Shown: positions 10,076-21,371, numbered from the stretch's first letter. The stretch is DNA of 64,000 bases from an uncultured Planctomycetota bacterium (GCA_963841915.1 CAWJEN010000006.1:1536001-1600000), one strand, 5' to 3'. Numbers and translations are program-made. Notes: generated from the letters alone by a model not told the origin.

Positions 10076-10786
10076 ATGGCCGATGACTACCTGCCACGTC
10101 GGGAACTCTTGTTGAAAGCGTGGGCGATCAACTTTCGCAACACGATTTCGCAGTCGTATGTGTCGCTGGGTCTGACGACCGACGATGCGACACAGCTTCG
10201 CGAGCGGGTCGACGCGTTCGTCGCGGCCCTACTTGTGTCCGGTCAGCCTTCGACGCGGACAACTGTGACCGTTGCGGACAAGCGAGATGCGTCTGCTGCT
10301 ATGCGGGACCTGATCCGACGGCTGGTTCGACGCATTCAGAGCCTTCCCCATCTGACGAACGTGGAGCGGGAGAAGCTCGGGATCACGCTCCCGCACAAGC
10401 CGAAGCGGGTCGCGTCTCACAGCTCCAAGCCGCCGCTGGAGGTGCCGTTCGTGCACCTTGCGGCGATTCGGGACAGGCAGCTTCAGGTTCAGCTCGTCGG
10501 TGACAACGGCACCGGCCGCAAGCCAGACGGCGTCATCGGAGCCGTCTTGTACTGGAAGCTCGACGGCCAGATCAATGCGCCGTGGCATATGAGCGAGCTG
10601 ACGTCGCAGCGGACGGTCGTCATGGAGGTGCCTCAAAGCGTTCCCGGCGGCAGCGGCGTTTGGATCTCGGCCTGCTGGCTTAATCGCCGTCTCGAACGCG
10701 GACCGGCCGCAAGACCGGAACTGGCGTTCGTCAGTGACCCGCACTACGCGTCGCCTGCCTCGACCATGCCGCAGTTGGCTGCGTGA
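10076..10786 (+). CDS. Uncharacterised protein: helical N-domain plus beta-rich, possibly FN3-like, C-domain; ends QLAA
   Basis: Clean 236-aa ORF; DYLP..E..L..W..NF...LGLT and LGIT segments; C-domain KPDGVIGA...VWISACWLN..GP. Confidence 0.75.
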   Translation: MADDYLPRRELLLKAWAINFRNTISQSYVSLGLTTDDATQLRERVDAFVAALLVSGQPSTRTTVTVADKRDASAAMRDLIRRLVRRIQSLPHLTNVEREKLGITLPHKPKRVASHSSKPPLEVPFVHLAAIRDRQLQVQLVGDNGTGRKPDGVIGAVLYWKLDGQINAPWHMSELTSQRTVVMEVPQSVPGGSGVWISACWLNRRLERGPAARPELAFVSDPHYASPASTMPQLAA

Positions 10787-10840
10787 CGCGGGTGGTCGAT
10801 CGGTTTCCGCAGCCGATCGGACAGAGCGAAGAGTGCGGGC

Positions 10841-13800
10841 GTGAAGAACCGCTTTTCAGAAGGTCACAACCGGTCCGTCCGCCGCGGGTCGGCTCTGGTG
10901 GTGCAGACCCGCCGCCTGGGGCGATCGGGTGGTAGAAGGCGGCGAGGCGTGGTGCTGTTGTTCGTGGTGGTTTTGCTGACCTTGCTGGCGATCGTCGCCA
11001 GTGCGTTCCTGATCAGCACACGGTTGGCGAGTGGCCAAAGCGGCGTCGACGCGCGTGGCGGTCAGGTGTTCCAGGACGGCGTCGACGCCGAGGGCCAGAT
11101 CGTCGCGGTACGGGACCGGGCGATTGAGCAGCGTGCAGTTGCAAATCGCGTTGGATGTCTTCGAGACGGTCCGGGATAATCCAGCTGGCAACACCACGGC
11201 CGCCCGCACGATCGACTTCGCCAATGATCTTGCTGTGGCGGCCGACGCGTGCGACGGCCAACACGGGCTTTTACGGCAACAACAACGTTCCACCCAACCC
11301 CGCTGCGGCCGCAGGACCTGAACGTTTTGCGCCGATGCAGACGTACGTTGCTGTGGCTTATCCCGGCACCACGTTTCCGGCGCGGGAAACGCTGTCAACG
11401 CCGCGGCGGCGGTCGATGGGCGAGCGACTGGTTACCCCAACGGCGACCCGGCCTACGCCACGCCGGCGACGGCGTTGCGGTCTCCGTATTTTCCGCTCGA
11501 CGCACTTGGCGACACCGACCCGCACCTGGCCTCGGCCCGTCCAACGCCGACGGCCGGCATCGAGTTCGACGGTGCCACGCTCACGTTGCCCGGCGACTTG
11601 ACGGGCGACTACCTGTGGGAGCGGATCTCCGCTCCACCCGTCGGGCTGCCGGGGCTGAGCGATCGACAACGTTTTCGTCAATCCATTTGCGGCAGGCAGC
11701 TTTGCCGACCTCGACACAGCGGCGGATCGGCTGCTCTTGACGGAGCGATGCCGACGGTCATCCGGCAGTCTACCGGCGACGCCTTTGTCGAGTATGAGGG
11801 TGATGCCGCGGCCGAGTACGTCAACGACCGTATCCGCGTTTTCCCGGCTTGTTGTACGACGCTCGACGGCGGGCAACGCCTGCGAACGTCGATCCGGCAC
11901 CGTCAGGTGCCGACCTGATCTCTGCCCGCCGGTGACGCCGACGGTGACGGCGTCGCCGACGCGGGGCTTGTCCCGATCGTCTTCAATGAAAACGCATCCG
12001 TCGGCAACCCCAACCGCTACCTCGATCCGGCGACGAATCTGAGCTACACGCTCAGCTACCGTGTCGTCGACAACAACGCCAGCGTCAACGTCAACACAGC
12101 TCTGACGAGTCAGGGTGATTTGGCGATCCCGGCTGGCGTCGGCGCTGGCGTTGACGTGACGACGAATACCCTCGCCACACCGCAGACGCTCTACGAAGGG
12201 TTTGCCGGTCCGAATCGAGGCATCTGGCCGAGCAACGTCGGCGCCTATCAGTTGCAGCCGTTCCGGATCGGCGGGACGACGCTTGCCGACGATCAGTTCG
12301 GCGGCACGGCCGGTGAAGAACTCGGTGCTGACCAGATGGCTGACATCATGACCGAGCTGACCGGCGTCACCGCAAGTCAGCTCGACGACGACTCGCTCGC
12401 CGAGGTGCTTCTGCGCTTCAGGTGCGCCGGCTGCCACTCCCGATGTTGAGACAGCGACTGTGGGTGAACTGCTGGGGCTTGGCCTGACGACGCGACTCGG
12501 CCATCCCGCTCCTTTGTCGAGCGACGAGAATCCGACAATCAACGACCGGCGCTACGACGTTGGACGTCCATTTACCGACGCAGGTGCGACCAGAATCGCT
12601 GCTTCATCGTGGCGGCGGATACATTGATCAGTCGGCCGACAAGTCGCGGCTTGAGCGAGTTGCCAGCGACTCGCTGTGGATCGGCGCGGGGAACTACGTT
12701 GCCAACCCGCAGTTGAGCTTCGGTTCGTTCGTGCTGAATGATCCGATGGGAGTTGCCGCAACGGAGCAGCAGCGTCGGGCGTTATGGGCCGAGATGTTCA
12801 TGACGGCCGACCCAGACAACGCAGACTACGTCTACGACCGCGCCGACGCTGCTGGGTGGCGGCATCAGCTGTGCCGCTACCCGATCAGTCCGCGGAGCGG
12901 TCTCGTCGCCGAGAACGGCGTGAGCATGGCGTTCAGCCCGCTGCTGCTGGACCCGGCGGCGGCGTTCACGCACGGCGAGGCAAGGTGTCCGGCCGGCATG
13001 CCGCCGTACGCGTTGACGGCCGCTGATCCGCAGATTGCGACGGTGCGTCCGCCGGTAAAGGCGGGCCTGAACTCCGGCCGGCTTCGGCGAGTTGTGGCGT
13101 GCGTACTGGAACATCATGGCCGACCCGTCGGGCCCGGTCGCTGCCGCCGACTTTGCAGTGCCCGGCGACATCGACGACGCGACGACCCCCAACCCGAATG
13201 CGGAGTTCGAGCCGAATGTTCTTGTGACCGGCCTGCCAGCGATGATGAGCGACGAGCAACTGCTCCTGCTCCGCGCCGCCATCGCGGCGGTCAACACGAT
13301 GGACATTCGTGATCTCGAGCAAGCGATGGATATGGACGGCGCGTCGATGTCGACTTGGACAACGGCGATGCGACGATCGACGTCCGCCGCAGAATGGCGA
13401 TGCGGACATTACCGTGGCAGAGATCGATCTCGGCACTTTCGGCGGCGGGCACCGCTCAAGGCCCGCGTCTACGGCACCGAGGCTCAGCCGTTCATCGCGG
13501 AGTACGTCGTCGACTTCGACGTGCTCGGCACGGCGGTCGAGTACTGCGGCGGTCGAGCTGTTGAACCCGTACCCGTTCCCGATCAGATGGAGGCTGGTAC
13601 TCGTGGCGACCGATTCCGGCGGCGGGTGGAGATCCCGTATTTTTGCCGACTCTCGAGCGAGCAACCAACGGCCGGTCGCAGACACTCGATTGTCATGCCT
13701 GCGGCAACGGGCGGTACGATGGTGGAACGCTTGTCGTGACAAGCAGTGCGGCGCCGATCCTGCCGGTGTGACGCCGCCCGTCGCGTGATGTCGATGAGGC

Positions 13801-15535
13801 CGGGACGTCGACGGAGCGCCGACTGCGACCGCCGCGATGGACACTGCGACGTCGCGGTGATTGCCTCGCCCGCGGCGGCTGCCGGGTTCTTCGGTGAGGC
13901 GGTCTGTGCCATCGGCCGGCCAATGCGGCCGCTCCGCTCGCCCGAAGACCTGGTACCACTCGACATGGTCGACATCACAGGTACGGTGCCGGCTGAGCGA
14001 CGCCACCGGTTCCGCTATGCCCGCGATGATTCGCACGCGGTGGCAACGACGCCTCGCGGGACTGGAACGTTCAGTCTTCGTGGCGGATTACGACGCAGCG
14101 GCTGCCGGTCGTCGCACTTGATCCCGATACGACGCCGGTGCTCGACCAACTTCAGTGGTCACCCGAGTCGATCCCGCAAATCCGCATGCCAGGCGACAGC
14201 GGTTGACGCGGTGACCGATCTTGGTGCTCCGAATACGACTTCATGACGCCGCTTTCCCACGGCGGACTTCCCGTCGGTCCCGTGCTTCCGGGCCAATTGC
14301 CGCAACTGGTGCAACTGCTCCAACGTGGCCGTACGGCGGCTTTGCCCGGGCGGCGATGCGCTGACCGTGCCGATCGTCGGCAGCTACAGTTGTCACCAGT
14401 GCCGGTGGCTTCAGCTGGCTGTTCGGCCGGTCAGATCAACGCCATCTCGGACCAGCAGACGTCGAAACGGCTCAGCCAGGTGGAGACGGTGTGACTAAGG
14501 CGCAAGACTGCCTCTCGCTTTCGATGAGACAGGTGTGCCCGTCTACGACTGGGCCGCGGACGCGCTGAATTACCTCACGGCCCTCGACAACTTCGGCGAC
14601 GACACGTTCCCGAATGCAGACCTGCGCTTTGCCGGGATCGACTACACACTCGACACGATGGATACGACGCCCGGCTTCGGAGCGGACGACGGACTGCCGG
14701 ACGCGTTCCTGACGCAGTTCAACAGTGCCGCCTCGCCGTTCTTGCTGACGCCGTCTTTCGCGACGCCGGTGGGTGGCACCGACACGACGGTCCTTGGTCC
14801 GATCGATAACGACGGCAACGGCCGATACGGGCTGAGTGTGCCGCAGGTCTTCGGCTCGCTTGCCACCGACTTGGAGGCTGTGACCGAGCGGTATCGCGAG
14901 GCGTTCCTGCCGGCCCAGGGCAAGATCAACCTGCTCGACCACGGGTGCCGGCATTCTCAAGACGTTGCCGCTCGTCTCCTCAGCAGCCGGTGGCGTTGAC
15001 GCGACAAACGCCGTCGCGGCTGACGCATTCGTTCTGAATGTGTTCGACGCCGGATTGGATACCGACGCCAGCGGCACGATCGATGTCGGTGAGGCGCTGG
15101 TGGGCTTGTCTTCGTTGTCACCGTTCTACATCGCCAACAGCGTCACGACGGCGACCAACAGCGGCGACCTGAGTGGCCTGATCGCCGGGTACAACACGGC
15201 TGGTGTTGATGCCGACGCGACCGACTACTACGACGTGACCGACGGCACTGCCGGCGATGTCGATGCCGCCATTGTCGACGTCGCCCGCCTCAGCAACCTC
15301 ACCACGCTCCAGAGCGACAGCTACACCGTCTACCTCATCGTTCAGGCGTGGGACGGCTTCGGCACGCCTCAGGCTCGTATCGTCAATCAGGAGCGTGTCG
15401 CATTCATCGTCGATCGCAGCGGCATCTATCCGGCAGGGCACGGGATTCCCGGGCTGCCGGGCGAAGTCGGTTATGCCGACGCCGATGAGTTGCTCGACGC
15501 GCTCGAAGATCACGCCGATCACGCCGGGTAACTGA
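10841..15535 (+). pseudogene. Giant PilX/GspK-like minor pilin or tip subunit, disrupted by many indels (pseudogene or unpolished sequence)
   Basis: N-terminus RRRG|VVLLFVVVLLTLLAIV (no Glu+5, PilX/GspK style); internal DADGDGVAD and YRVVDNNASVNVN; C-terminal LSNLTTLQSDSYTVYLIVQAW...FIVDRS; the coding path switches frame more than ten times. Confidence 0.75.
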
Positions 15536-15768
15536 CGGTTGTGAGGGCGGATCAGATCATGCCGCAGTGGGTCGTGTCGCGACCGGCTGCGGCATTTTTG
15601 CGTTTTGGCGTGAAGTGGCAGGTGCGGCCGTAGACTTTGGGTCCAACCGCCGGGCGATGCTTACCACGTTGCCCGACGGCCGTGCCGACACGGTCGGCCG
15701 GCCATTCATCCCAAACCTTTTTCGTCGCGTCCTGACGACCGCCCGGGACGCGCAGCGAGGACTTGTGC

Positions 15769-18700
15769 ATGCCCCAGACGCCCGCGACCCCGTTCGATAA
15801 GCCGCACGTCGGCCACGCCGCCGCCTGGCCGGCCGAGGGCCTCTACGACCCCCGCTTCGAGCACGACAACTGCGGCTTCGGCTTCGTCGCCCACATCAAG
15901 GGCAGGCCGTCGCACACGCTACTGGGTCGGGCGTTGGAGATGCTGACGAACATGGAGCATCGCGGCGGCTGCGGGTGTGACCCGGGCAGCGGTGACGGTG
16001 CGGGCGTTCTCGTCGGCACGCCCGACGCGTTTCTGCGTCGCGTCGCCGGCGAGGCCAAGTTCGAACTGCCGGCGTTCGGCGAGTACGCGGTGGGCATGAT
16101 GTTCCTGCCCAAGGAGACGGTGCTGCGGCGTAAGTGCGAGCGGCTCTTCGAGCGGGTGCTGGCGGACTACGACATGCACGTCATCGGCTGGCGTGACGTG
16201 CCGGTCGACCCGACGGGCCTGGGCAGCGACTCGATCAAGGCCGAGCCGATGGTGCGGCAGGCGTTCGTGGGCATGAAGCGGTCGTTCTTCGACCGAGGCG
16301 ACTTCAACAGGCGGTTGTACCTTGTCCGCCAGCGGGTCGAAAACACGGTCGAGTTCGGCGAAGAGCGTGATTGGCCCAAGGCGGCCAAGGATGCGTTCTA
16401 CATCTGCACGCTCAGCACGAACCGCCTCGTCTACAAGGGCATGCTGACGGCCCCGCAGCTGGGCACGTATTACCTCGACCTGCAGGCGGAAGATTTTCAG
16501 ACGCACTTTGCTGTCGTCCACAGCCGCTTCAGCACGAACACGTTCCCGTCGTGGCGGCTGGCCCACCCGTATCGCTACCTCGCCCACAACGGCGAAATCA
16601 ACACCATTCGCGGCAACCGCAACTGGATGAAGGCCCGCACGGGCAGCCTCGAATCCAAGAAGTTCGGCACCGAGCTCGACAAGCTCTTCCCGCTGCTGAG
16701 CGGCTCGACCAGCGACTCGGCCACGCTCGACAACGCGCTTCAGTTCCTGACCGTCAACGGCCGCGAGCTGGCGCACTCGATGCTGATGCTGATTCCCGAG
16801 GCGTGGCAGAACGACCCGCGGATGGACCCGGACCTGCGGGCATTTTACGAGTACCACGCGTGTCTCATGGAGCCGTGGGACGGCCCGGCGGGCGTGGCGT
16901 TCACGAACGGCAGGCAGCTCGGCGCGACGCTCGACCGCAACGGTCTGCGGCCCGCGCGGTACTACGTGACGCACGACGACCTGCTGGTGATGGGCAGCGA
17001 GGCCGGCTCGATCGAGCTGCCGCCCGAAGAGATCAAGCAGAAATGGCGGCTCCAGCCTGGCAAGGTGTTGCTCGCCGACTTTGACGAAGGGCGGATCGTC
17101 GACGACGCCGAGGTGAAGGGCGATCTGGTCGACATGCGGCCGTGGACGCGTTGGGTGCGTGAGAACCTTGTGGTGCTCGACGACCTGCCGGATGTCAGTC
17201 AGGCCGAGAAGAAGGAGCCGATGGTCGGCACGTTCGACCCGGCGATGCTGGCAGACGCATCGAGCGGCGACGACGACGAAGAGGCAGGTCTCGTCAAAGA
17301 TTTTGACGGCCTGGCGACGCTGACGCTGGCCGGTCAGCGACTTCCCCGCGAGGTCGACGGCGGGCCGAACGAACGGTTGCTCAAGACACAGCGGGCGTTC
17401 GGGTACACGAACGAGGACCTGCGGATGCTGGTCTACCCGATGGCCGCCGCGGGTGCCGAGGCGGTCGGTTCGATGGGTGCCGACACGCCGCTGGCGTGCC
17501 TGAGCGACAAGCCGCAACCGCTGTTCAACTACTTCAAGCAGCTGTTCGCCCAGGTGACGAACCCGCCGCTTGATGCCATTCGTGAGGAAATGGTCACGAG
17601 CCTGATCACCTACCTCGGCCACGAGCGCAACCTGCTCGACGAAACGCCGATGCATGCCCGCCTGCTGAAGCTGCGTGGCCCGGTGATTACGAGCGAAGAG
17701 CTTGCCAAGATTCGTGCGTTGGGTACGCGAGAAGAAGACTTTCGCTGCGCGACGATCAGCGCACTTTTCGACGCCACCGCTGAAGAGCCGGGCGAGGCAC
17801 TGCAGGAGGCCGTCGATCAGATGTGTCACGAGGTCAGCGAGGCGATCCACGACGGGGCCAGCCTCATCGTGATCAGCGACCGCGGCGTCACGGACAAACT
17901 CGTACCGATCCCGTCGCTGCTGGCCACGGCAGCGGTGCATCACCACCTCATTCGGGATGGCACGCGCAACCAGGCCGGCCTCATCGTCGAGACGGGTGAA
18001 GCCCGGGAAGGGCACCACTACTGCTGCCTGCTCGGCTACGGCGCCGGTGCGATCAACCCGTACCTGGCACTCGACACCATCAATGACCTGCACGCCGACC
18101 AGCTGTTGCCGGGTGACATGACGGCCGTCGAAGCGCGGAAGAATTACGTCAAGGCTGCGCACAAGGCGATCCTCAAGGTCGCCAGCAAGATGGGCATCAG
18201 CACCGTGCAAAGTTACCGCGGCGCACAGATCTTCGAGGCATTGGGCATCGGCAGCGAGCTCATCGACCGGTACTTCGTGGACACGCCGTCTCGGATCGGC
18301 GGCGTCGGTCTGTCGGAAATCGCGCTCGAGGCGCTGATGAAGCACCGCCGGGCGTTTCCGCGTGTGGACGCCGAACGCAGCCTCGTGCTCGACGCCGGCG
18401 GGTATTACCAATGGCGTCGCGACGGTGAATTCCACCAGTGGAATCCCGGCACGGTTGCCAAGCTGCAGCACGCCGTCCGCGTCGACAGCGAAAAGGCGTT
18501 CCGCGACTACAGCAAGCTCGTCGACGACGACGCCCGTGCCCGCAGCACGCTGCGTGGCCTGATGGAGATCAAGCAGGCCAAGGAGCCGGTACCGCTCGAT
18601 GAAGTCGAGTCGGCCAAAGAAATCGTCAAACGGTTCGTCACCGGTGCGATGAGTCTCGGCTCGATCAGCACCGAAGCGCACGAAACGCTGGCATTGGCGA

Positions 18701-20550
18701 TGAACGAAATCGGTGGCAAGAGCAACAGCGGCGAGGGCGGCGAGTCGCCCGAGCGATACGTGCCGTTGGGCGTCAACGGCCAGACCACCCGCAATCCACG
18801 CCGCAGCGCCATCAAGCAGGTCGCCAGCGGCCGATTCGGCGTGCACGGTGACTACCTGCGCAACAGTGACCAGATTCAGATCAAGGTCGCCCAGGGTGCC
18901 AAGCCCGGTGAAGGCGGGGCGTTGAGTGGGCAGAAGGTCAACGAGTTCATCGCCAAGGTGCGTCACAGCACGCCGGGCGTCGGCCTCATCTCGCCGCCGC
19001 CACACCACGACATCTACTCGATCGAGGATCTGGCACAGCTGATCCACGACCTGAAGAACACCAATCCCAGGGCCGACGTGAGCGTCAAGCTCGTCAGCGA
19101 GGTCGGCGTCGGCACGGTTGCGGCGGGCGTTGCCAAGGCCAAGGCCGACCACATCGTCATCGCCGGCTTCGACGGCGGCACGGGTAACGCGGCGTTGTCA
19201 TCCATCAAGCACTGCGGCCTGCCGTGGGAGCTGGGATTGGCCGAAACACAGCAAACGCTCTTGAAAAACGGCCTGCGTGGCCGCGTGCGGCTTCAGGCAG
19301 ACGGCGGCATGAAGACCGGCCGAGACGTTGTCATCGCCGCGTTGCTCGGCGCCGAAGAAGTCGGCTTCAGCACCGCGCCGCTCATCGCGCTCGGCTGCAT
19401 CATGATGCGGGTCTGCCACCTCAACACGTGTCCCGTCGGCATCGCCACGCAGGATCCGGAGCTGCGTAAAAAGTTCATCGGCCAGCCCGAGCATGTCATC
19501 AACTACATGTTCTTCGTCGCCAACGAAGTCCGCGAGCACATGGCAAGCCTCGGCTTCCGCACCTTCGACGAGATGGTCGGCCGCTGCGACATGCTCGGCT
19601 TCGTCGACCTCAGCGCCCACCCGAAGCAAAGCCTGCTCGACCTGTCACCGATTCTCAAGAAGATGAAGCCCCGCAAGGGCGACACCACCTTCAAGACAGT
19701 CGAACAGGATCACGAAATCGACCGTGCCCTCGACAACCGCCTCATCGAGCTGGCAATGCCGGCGATCGAGCGGGGCGAGACGGTCCACGCCGAGGTGCCG
19801 GTCCGCAACGTCAACCGCACGTGCGGAACGATGCTCTCGGGCCGAGTCAACGAAAAGTACGGTCTCGACGGCCTGCCGACCGACACGATCCGCTTCAAGT
19901 TCGGCGGCACGGCCGGCCAGAGCTTTGGGGCGTTCTTGGCCGCCGGTGTCACGCTCGAGCTCGAAGGCGACGCCAACGACTACGTCGGCAAAGGGTTGTC
20001 GGGCGGCAGGATCATCGTCTACCCGCCCAGGAACAGCACGTTCGAAGCGTCGAAGAACATTATCGCCGGCAACGTCATCGCGTATGGCGCGATTGCCGGG
20101 GAGATGTACCTCAGCGGCGTCGTGGGCGAACGGTTCTGCGTGCGGAACAGCGGTGCCAACGCCGTCGCCGAAGGGTGCGGCGATCACGGCTGCGAATACA
20201 TGACCGGCGGGCGTGTGCTGATTCTGGGCAAGACCGGCCGCAACTTCGCGGCCGGCATGTCGGGCGGCATTGCCTACGTCTACGACCCGGACAACGACTT
20301 CTCAGCCCGGTGCAACACGGAGATGGTCGAACTGGGTCCCGTCGACGAAGACGACGACATGGCCACCGTCCGGTCGTTGATGGAGCGGCACGCCGAGTTG
20401 ACCGGCAGCACCGTCGCCAAGGGCATGCTCGAGCACTTCGACAGTGCCGTCACGTTCTTCACGCGGGTGATGCCGACCGACTACCGCCGCGTGATGGAAA
20501 GCCGCAAAGCCGGCAGCCGCAGAGCGGGCGACGTGGTGACGGCAGGCTAG
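15769..20550 (+). CDS. gltB: Glutamate synthase large subunit
   Basis: HDNCGFG Ntn-amidotransferase start, HSRFSTNTFPSW, FAQVTNPP, GAKPGEGG, PPPHHDIYSIED, C.M.R.CHLNTCP 3Fe-4S motif, GXGXG C-domain. Confidence 0.97.
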   Translation: MPQTPATPFDKPHVGHAAAWPAEGLYDPRFEHDNCGFGFVAHIKGRPSHTLLGRALEMLTNMEHRGGCGCDPGSGDGAGVLVGTPDAFLRRVAGEAKFELPAFGEYAVGMMFLPKETVLRRKCERLFERVLADYDMHVIGWRDVPVDPTGLGSDSIKAEPMVRQAFVGMKRSFFDRGDFNRRLYLVRQRVENTVEFGEERDWPKAAKDAFYICTLSTNRLVYKGMLTAPQLGTYYLDLQAEDFQTHFAVVHSRFSTNTFPSWRLAHPYRYLAHNGEINTIRGNRNWMKARTGSLESKKFGTELDKLFPLLSGSTSDSATLDNALQFLTVNGRELAHSMLMLIPEAWQNDPRMDPDLRAFYEYHACLMEPWDGPAGVAFTNGRQLGATLDRNGLRPARYYVTHDDLLVMGSEAGSIELPPEEIKQKWRLQPGKVLLADFDEGRIVDDAEVKGDLVDMRPWTRWVRENLVVLDDLPDVSQAEKKEPMVGTFDPAMLADASSGDDDEEAGLVKDFDGLATLTLAGQRLPREVDGGPNERLLKTQRAFGYTNEDLRMLVYPMAAAGAEAVGSMGADTPLACLSDKPQPLFNYFKQLFAQVTNPPLDAIREEMVTSLITYLGHERNLLDETPMHARLLKLRGPVITSEELAKIRALGTREEDFRCATISALFDATAEEPGEALQEAVDQMCHEVSEAIHDGASLIVISDRGVTDKLVPIPSLLATAAVHHHLIRDGTRNQAGLIVETGEAREGHHYCCLLGYGAGAINPYLALDTINDLHADQLLPGDMTAVEARKNYVKAAHKAILKVASKMGISTVQSYRGAQIFEALGIGSELIDRYFVDTPSRIGGVGLSEIALEALMKHRRAFPRVDAERSLVLDAGGYYQWRRDGEFHQWNPGTVAKLQHAVRVDSEKAFRDYSKLVDDDARARSTLRGLMEIKQAKEPVPLDEVESAKEIVKRFVTGAMSLGSISTEAHETLALAMNEIGGKSNSGEGGESPERYVPLGVNGQTTRNPRRSAIKQVASGRFGVHGDYLRNSDQIQIKVAQGAKPGEGGALSGQKVNEFIAKVRHSTPGVGLISPPPHHDIYSIEDLAQLIHDLKNTNPRADVSVKLVSEVGVGTVAAGVAKAKADHIVIAGFDGGTGNAALSSIKHCGLPWELGLAETQQTLLKNGLRGRVRLQADGGMKTGRDVVIAALLGAEEVGFSTAPLIALGCIMMRVCHLNTCPVGIATQDPELRKKFIGQPEHVINYMFFVANEVREHMASLGFRTFDEMVGRCDMLGFVDLSAHPKQSLLDLSPILKKMKPRKGDTTFKTVEQDHEIDRALDNRLIELAMPAIERGETVHAEVPVRNVNRTCGTMLSGRVNEKYGLDGLPTDTIRFKFGGTAGQSFGAFLAAGVTLELEGDANDYVGKGLSGGRIIVYPPRNSTFEASKNIIAGNVIAYGAIAGEMYLSGVVGERFCVRNSGANAVAEGCGDHGCEYMTGGRVLILGKTGRNFAAGMSGGIAYVYDPDNDFSARCNTEMVELGPVDEDDDMATVRSLMERHAELTGSTVAKGMLEHFDSAVTFFTRVMPTDYRRVMESRKAGSRRAGDVVTAG

Positions 20551-20603
20551 TTGTACCCACCGTTGTTGCCTGGGAGGCAACAACAAGGTAAGATAGAGCC
20601 GTC

Positions 20604-20864
20604 ATGGACGACAAGATGTCCGTCACGGATCTGTACTTCAATGCCAGGCAACTTCTGGCGGCGACGAGATCTCTTCGGCACCGCCGCGACGAACTGCGAT
20701 GGACGTGCGAGGATCTCGAGGATGCCCTCCTCGACCTGAAACTCGCCTACATCGGCAGTGACACGCCCCTTGCCGACGACTTCGCGCAGGAGTGCATCGA
20801 GTTCATGGAACAGATTTCAAGCCTCGTTGGACAACTACCCGACGAAGAACCCGACGCCTTCTAA
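20604..20864 (+). CDS. Small acidic hypothetical protein
   Basis: 86-aa ORF filling the gap, helical and acidic, TAAGAT upstream. Confidence 0.55.
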   Translation: MDDKMSVTDLYFNARQLLAATRSLRHRRDELRWTCEDLEDALLDLKLAYIGSDTPLADDFAQECIEFMEQISSLVGQLPDEEPDAF

Positions 20865-20874
20865 TCGTATTGCT

Positions 20875-21231
20875 ATGCGTAGAACATCACTTACCGCTCA
20901 AGCCGCCCGGGTGGTCCATCATCTCACCGAGAAGCTCGGCATGACGCAGTCGGAGATTGCGGAGATCATCGGCGTTCACCGTTCCTTTGTGACGCGGTGC
21001 AAGAACGCCGAGCGTGAATTCGGACCCGGGCACATCAACGCGATCGCTGAACACCTCGGTTTGCCGATGGGGGCGTTTTTGATGGCCGTCTCGCCGGCTG
21101 ATTTGGAGCACCCGAATCCGAAGGTCCGCGAAGTGCAGCGGCTTGCGGCGGAGTTGATGACGCAGCTCGACGAGTTCAGAAAGTCCCGGAAGCAGGCAAG
21201 TGCCGATGTCGAGCCGGCGACCGCCGCCTGA
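20875..21231 (+). CDS. XRE/Cro-family helix-turn-helix protein
   Basis: GMTQSEIAEIIGVHRSFVTRCKNAER...IAEHLG pattern. Confidence 0.8.
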   Translation: MRRTSLTAQAARVVHHLTEKLGMTQSEIAEIIGVHRSFVTRCKNAEREFGPGHINAIAEHLGLPMGAFLMAVSPADLEHPNPKVREVQRLAAELMTQLDEFRKSRKQASADVEPATAA

Positions 21232-21371
21232 GTCGCAGCGACGGCTTCCTCGGCGTGATTCTGCGCGAGTCGGTTGCATCCGCCGGCTCGGGCCGCACAA
21301 TGGTCATCCCACTGCCGCGGATTGGCCCGCGGCACGAGTGACCCTTCAGAAACCTAGAGAAACCACCGCAC

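Noticed and set aside
9538..10115. ORFs 9610..10065, 9538..9915 and 9924..10115 as proteins
   Set aside because: Pro/Arg-rich translations produced by the array; the most protein-like minus frame (GTE heptads) contains stops
10841..15535. Diversity-generating retroelement or programmed frameshifting acting on the pilin
   Set aside because: No reverse transcriptase, no template/variable repeat pair and no consistent slippery sites
15919..19152. 1077-aa antisense ORF and similar long shadows (32627..34444, 44241..45974, 11358..12542)
   Set aside because: Antisense shadows of GC3-biased real genes
21302..21343. Structured leader upstream of the DUF3467-like gene
   Set aside because: A single GC-rich hairpin; insufficient evidence for a defined RNA element
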